Shown: positions 26,776-27,843 of the stretch, piece by piece
How positions within the stretch are numbered: position 1 is the stretch's first letter
Layout: each line of letters starts with the position of its first letter
DNA from: an uncultured Clostridia bacterium
GTDB lineage: Bacteria; Bacillota; Clostridia; Oscillospirales; Oscillospiraceae
Length of the DNA: 27,843 bases
Direction of reading: 5' to 3'
NCBI GenBank assembly: GCA_945613045.1
Contig: CALZAG010000001.1
Coordinates: forward strand, 1-27,843
Position numbers and translations under genes: made by a program
The notes under the pieces: generated by a model
What the model was told of the DNA's origin: nothing
Seen by the model: the letters and a program-made list of their open reading frames with translations, nothing else
Database searches by the model: none

Positions 26776-26804
26776 TTGACTTTTCCCGTTAAAAGCGTTA
26801 AAGT
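26776..26804 (+). promoter_or_regulatory. Sigma-A promoter of the aromatic amino acid ABC leader
   Basis: TTGACT (26776-26781), 17 nt, TAAAGT (26799-26804). Confidence 0.75.
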
Positions 26805-26833
26805 AGGCACATCTACAGAAAGGAAGCAAAAAG

Positions 26834-26914
26834 ATGTCTTTCCGATTTAAAGTCAGCAGATATTTTTACTATTACTTTTTTGCCGAGAGTAATGGTCGTT
26901 TGTGCTGCACTTGA
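26834..26914 (+). CDS. Putative Phe/Tyr attenuation leader peptide MSFRFKVSRYFYYYFFAESNGRLCCT (26 aa)
   Basis: AAGGAAG RBS (26820-26826) 7 nt before ATG 26834; codons TAT TTT TAC TAT TAC TTT TTT at 26861-26881; TGA at 26912-26914. Confidence 0.8.
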   Translation: MSFRFKVSRYFYYYFFAESNGRLCCT

Positions 26915-26947
26915 AACGGTTGTCATTTTTTGACGGATTTGTTTATT

Positions 26948-26985
26948 AACAGGCTGCACAAACAGTGCAGTCTGTTTTTAATTTT
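26948..26985 (+). terminator. Attenuator terminator in the 5' leader of the ABC binding-protein gene
   Basis: AACAGGCTGCAC-aaaca-GTGCAGTCTGTT then TTTAATTTT, located between the promoter and the RBS of the downstream gene. Confidence 0.88.
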
Positions 26986-27011
26986 AATAATCTTTTTGGA
27001 GGAGAAATACA

Positions 27012-27843
27012 ATGAAAAAAATTATTGCTCTCGCACTCGCCGCAATGATGCTGTTTTCACTGGCCGCCTGCGGCAGCGGCGACGACTCGGGCGATGCGAA
27101 GACCTACACCGTCGGCATTTGCCAGCTCGTCCAGCATCCCGCGCTTGACGCCGCCACTCAGGGCTTCAAGGATGTTCTCACCGAGGAATTCGGCGACGCC
27201 GTGACCTTCGAGGAAGGCAACGCCTCCGGCGACAGCGCCACCTGCGCCACCATCTGCAACGGCTTTGTTTCCAACAGCGTTGACCTTATCCTTGCAAACG
27301 CGACCGCGTCGCTTCAGGCGGCGGCCGCAGCCACCAACGAGATACCCGTTCTCGGCACCTCCATCACCGAATACGGCGTTGCGCTTGAGATCGAAAACTT
27401 CAACGGCACCGTCGGCGGCAACGTCTCCGGTACCTCCGACCTCGCTCCTCTGGACCAGCAGGCCGATATGATCACCGAGCTCTTCCCCGATACCAAGACC
27501 GTGGGCATCCTCTACTGCTCCGGCGAGCCCAACTCCGTGTACCAGGCAAACGTCGTCAAGGAATGCCTTGAGGCAAAGAACATCAAGGTCGATGTCTACA
27601 CCTTCGCGGACTCCAACGACGTTTCCACCGTTACCGCAAGCGCCTGCGCCGAGAGCGACGTGCTCTACATCCCCACCGATAACACCGCCGCCTCCTGCGC
27701 CGAAGCGATCAATGCCGTCGCACTTCCCGCCGGCGTTCCCATCATCGCGGGCGAAGAGGGCATCTGCTCCGGCTGCGGCGTTGCGACCCTCTCCATCGAC
27801 TACTACGAGCTCGGCCGCACCACCGGTCAGATGGCAGTCAAGA
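27012..27843 (+). CDS. ABC substrate-binding lipoprotein, ABC_sub_bind/TrpX-like (aromatic amino acid), truncated by the window end
   Basis: Absent from the ORF track because it has no stop in the window. Hand translation: MKKIIALALAAMMLFSLAAC (lipobox), VGICQLVQHPALDAATQGF, GNASGD, NATASLQ, NVSGTSD, GEPNS, YIPTDNT, IDYYELG; GGAGG RBS. Confidence 0.92.
   Translation, partial: MKKIIALALAAMMLFSLAACGSGDDSGDAKTYTVGICQLVQHPALDAATQGFKDVLTEEFGDAVTFEEGNASGDSATCATICNGFVSNSVDLILANATASLQAAAAATNEIPVLGTSITEYGVALEIENFNGTVGGNVSGTSDLAPLDQQADMITELFPDTKTVGILYCSGEPNSVYQANVVKECLEAKNIKVDVYTFADSNDVSTVTASACAESDVLYIPTDNTAASCAEAINAVALPAGVPIIAGEEGICSGCGVATLSIDYYELGRTTGQMAVK

Noticed and set aside
26811-27000. T-box riboswitch upstream of the ABC binding protein
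   Set aside because: No T-box bulge sequence (GGTGG-ACC) precedes the terminator and no stem I AG/GA motifs were recognised; the leader-peptide model explains the region better.

Overview
A 27.8-kb core/metabolic window from a high-GC Clostridia-type Firmicute (Oscillospiraceae-like, inferred from gene content, sigma-A promoters, lipoprotein signal peptides and a CIRCE element). No mobile element, prophage, CRISPR array, rRNA or tRNA was seen. In order: groEL-groES with a CIRCE operator; a THUMP-domain rRNA methyltransferase; a hypothetical gene plus cstA; an OmpR-type regulator, HAMP kinase and HtrA; a MarR regulator; a two-subunit aconitase X (DUF521+DUF126); a convergent DUF5058/membrane protein/M20 hydrolase operon; an 80-aa membrane protein; an NSS/SNF sodium symporter; a BMP-type nucleoside ABC operon under a guanine-class purine riboswitch; xpt; a GPH sugar symporter coupled to a PIG-L deacetylase; a divergent group IV PLP decarboxylase; and a truncated aromatic amino acid ABC binding lipoprotein missed by the ORF track. 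Best finding: an unannotated 26-codon leader peptide with seven consecutive Tyr/Phe codons (YFYYYFF), with competing antiterminator and terminator stems, upstream of the aromatic amino acid transporter. This looks like ribosome-mediated attenuation where Firmicutes usually use a T-box. Next best: the orphan aconitase X pair and the DUF5058 transporter/amidohydrolase module. All assignments come from motif recognition by eye; no database search was run.
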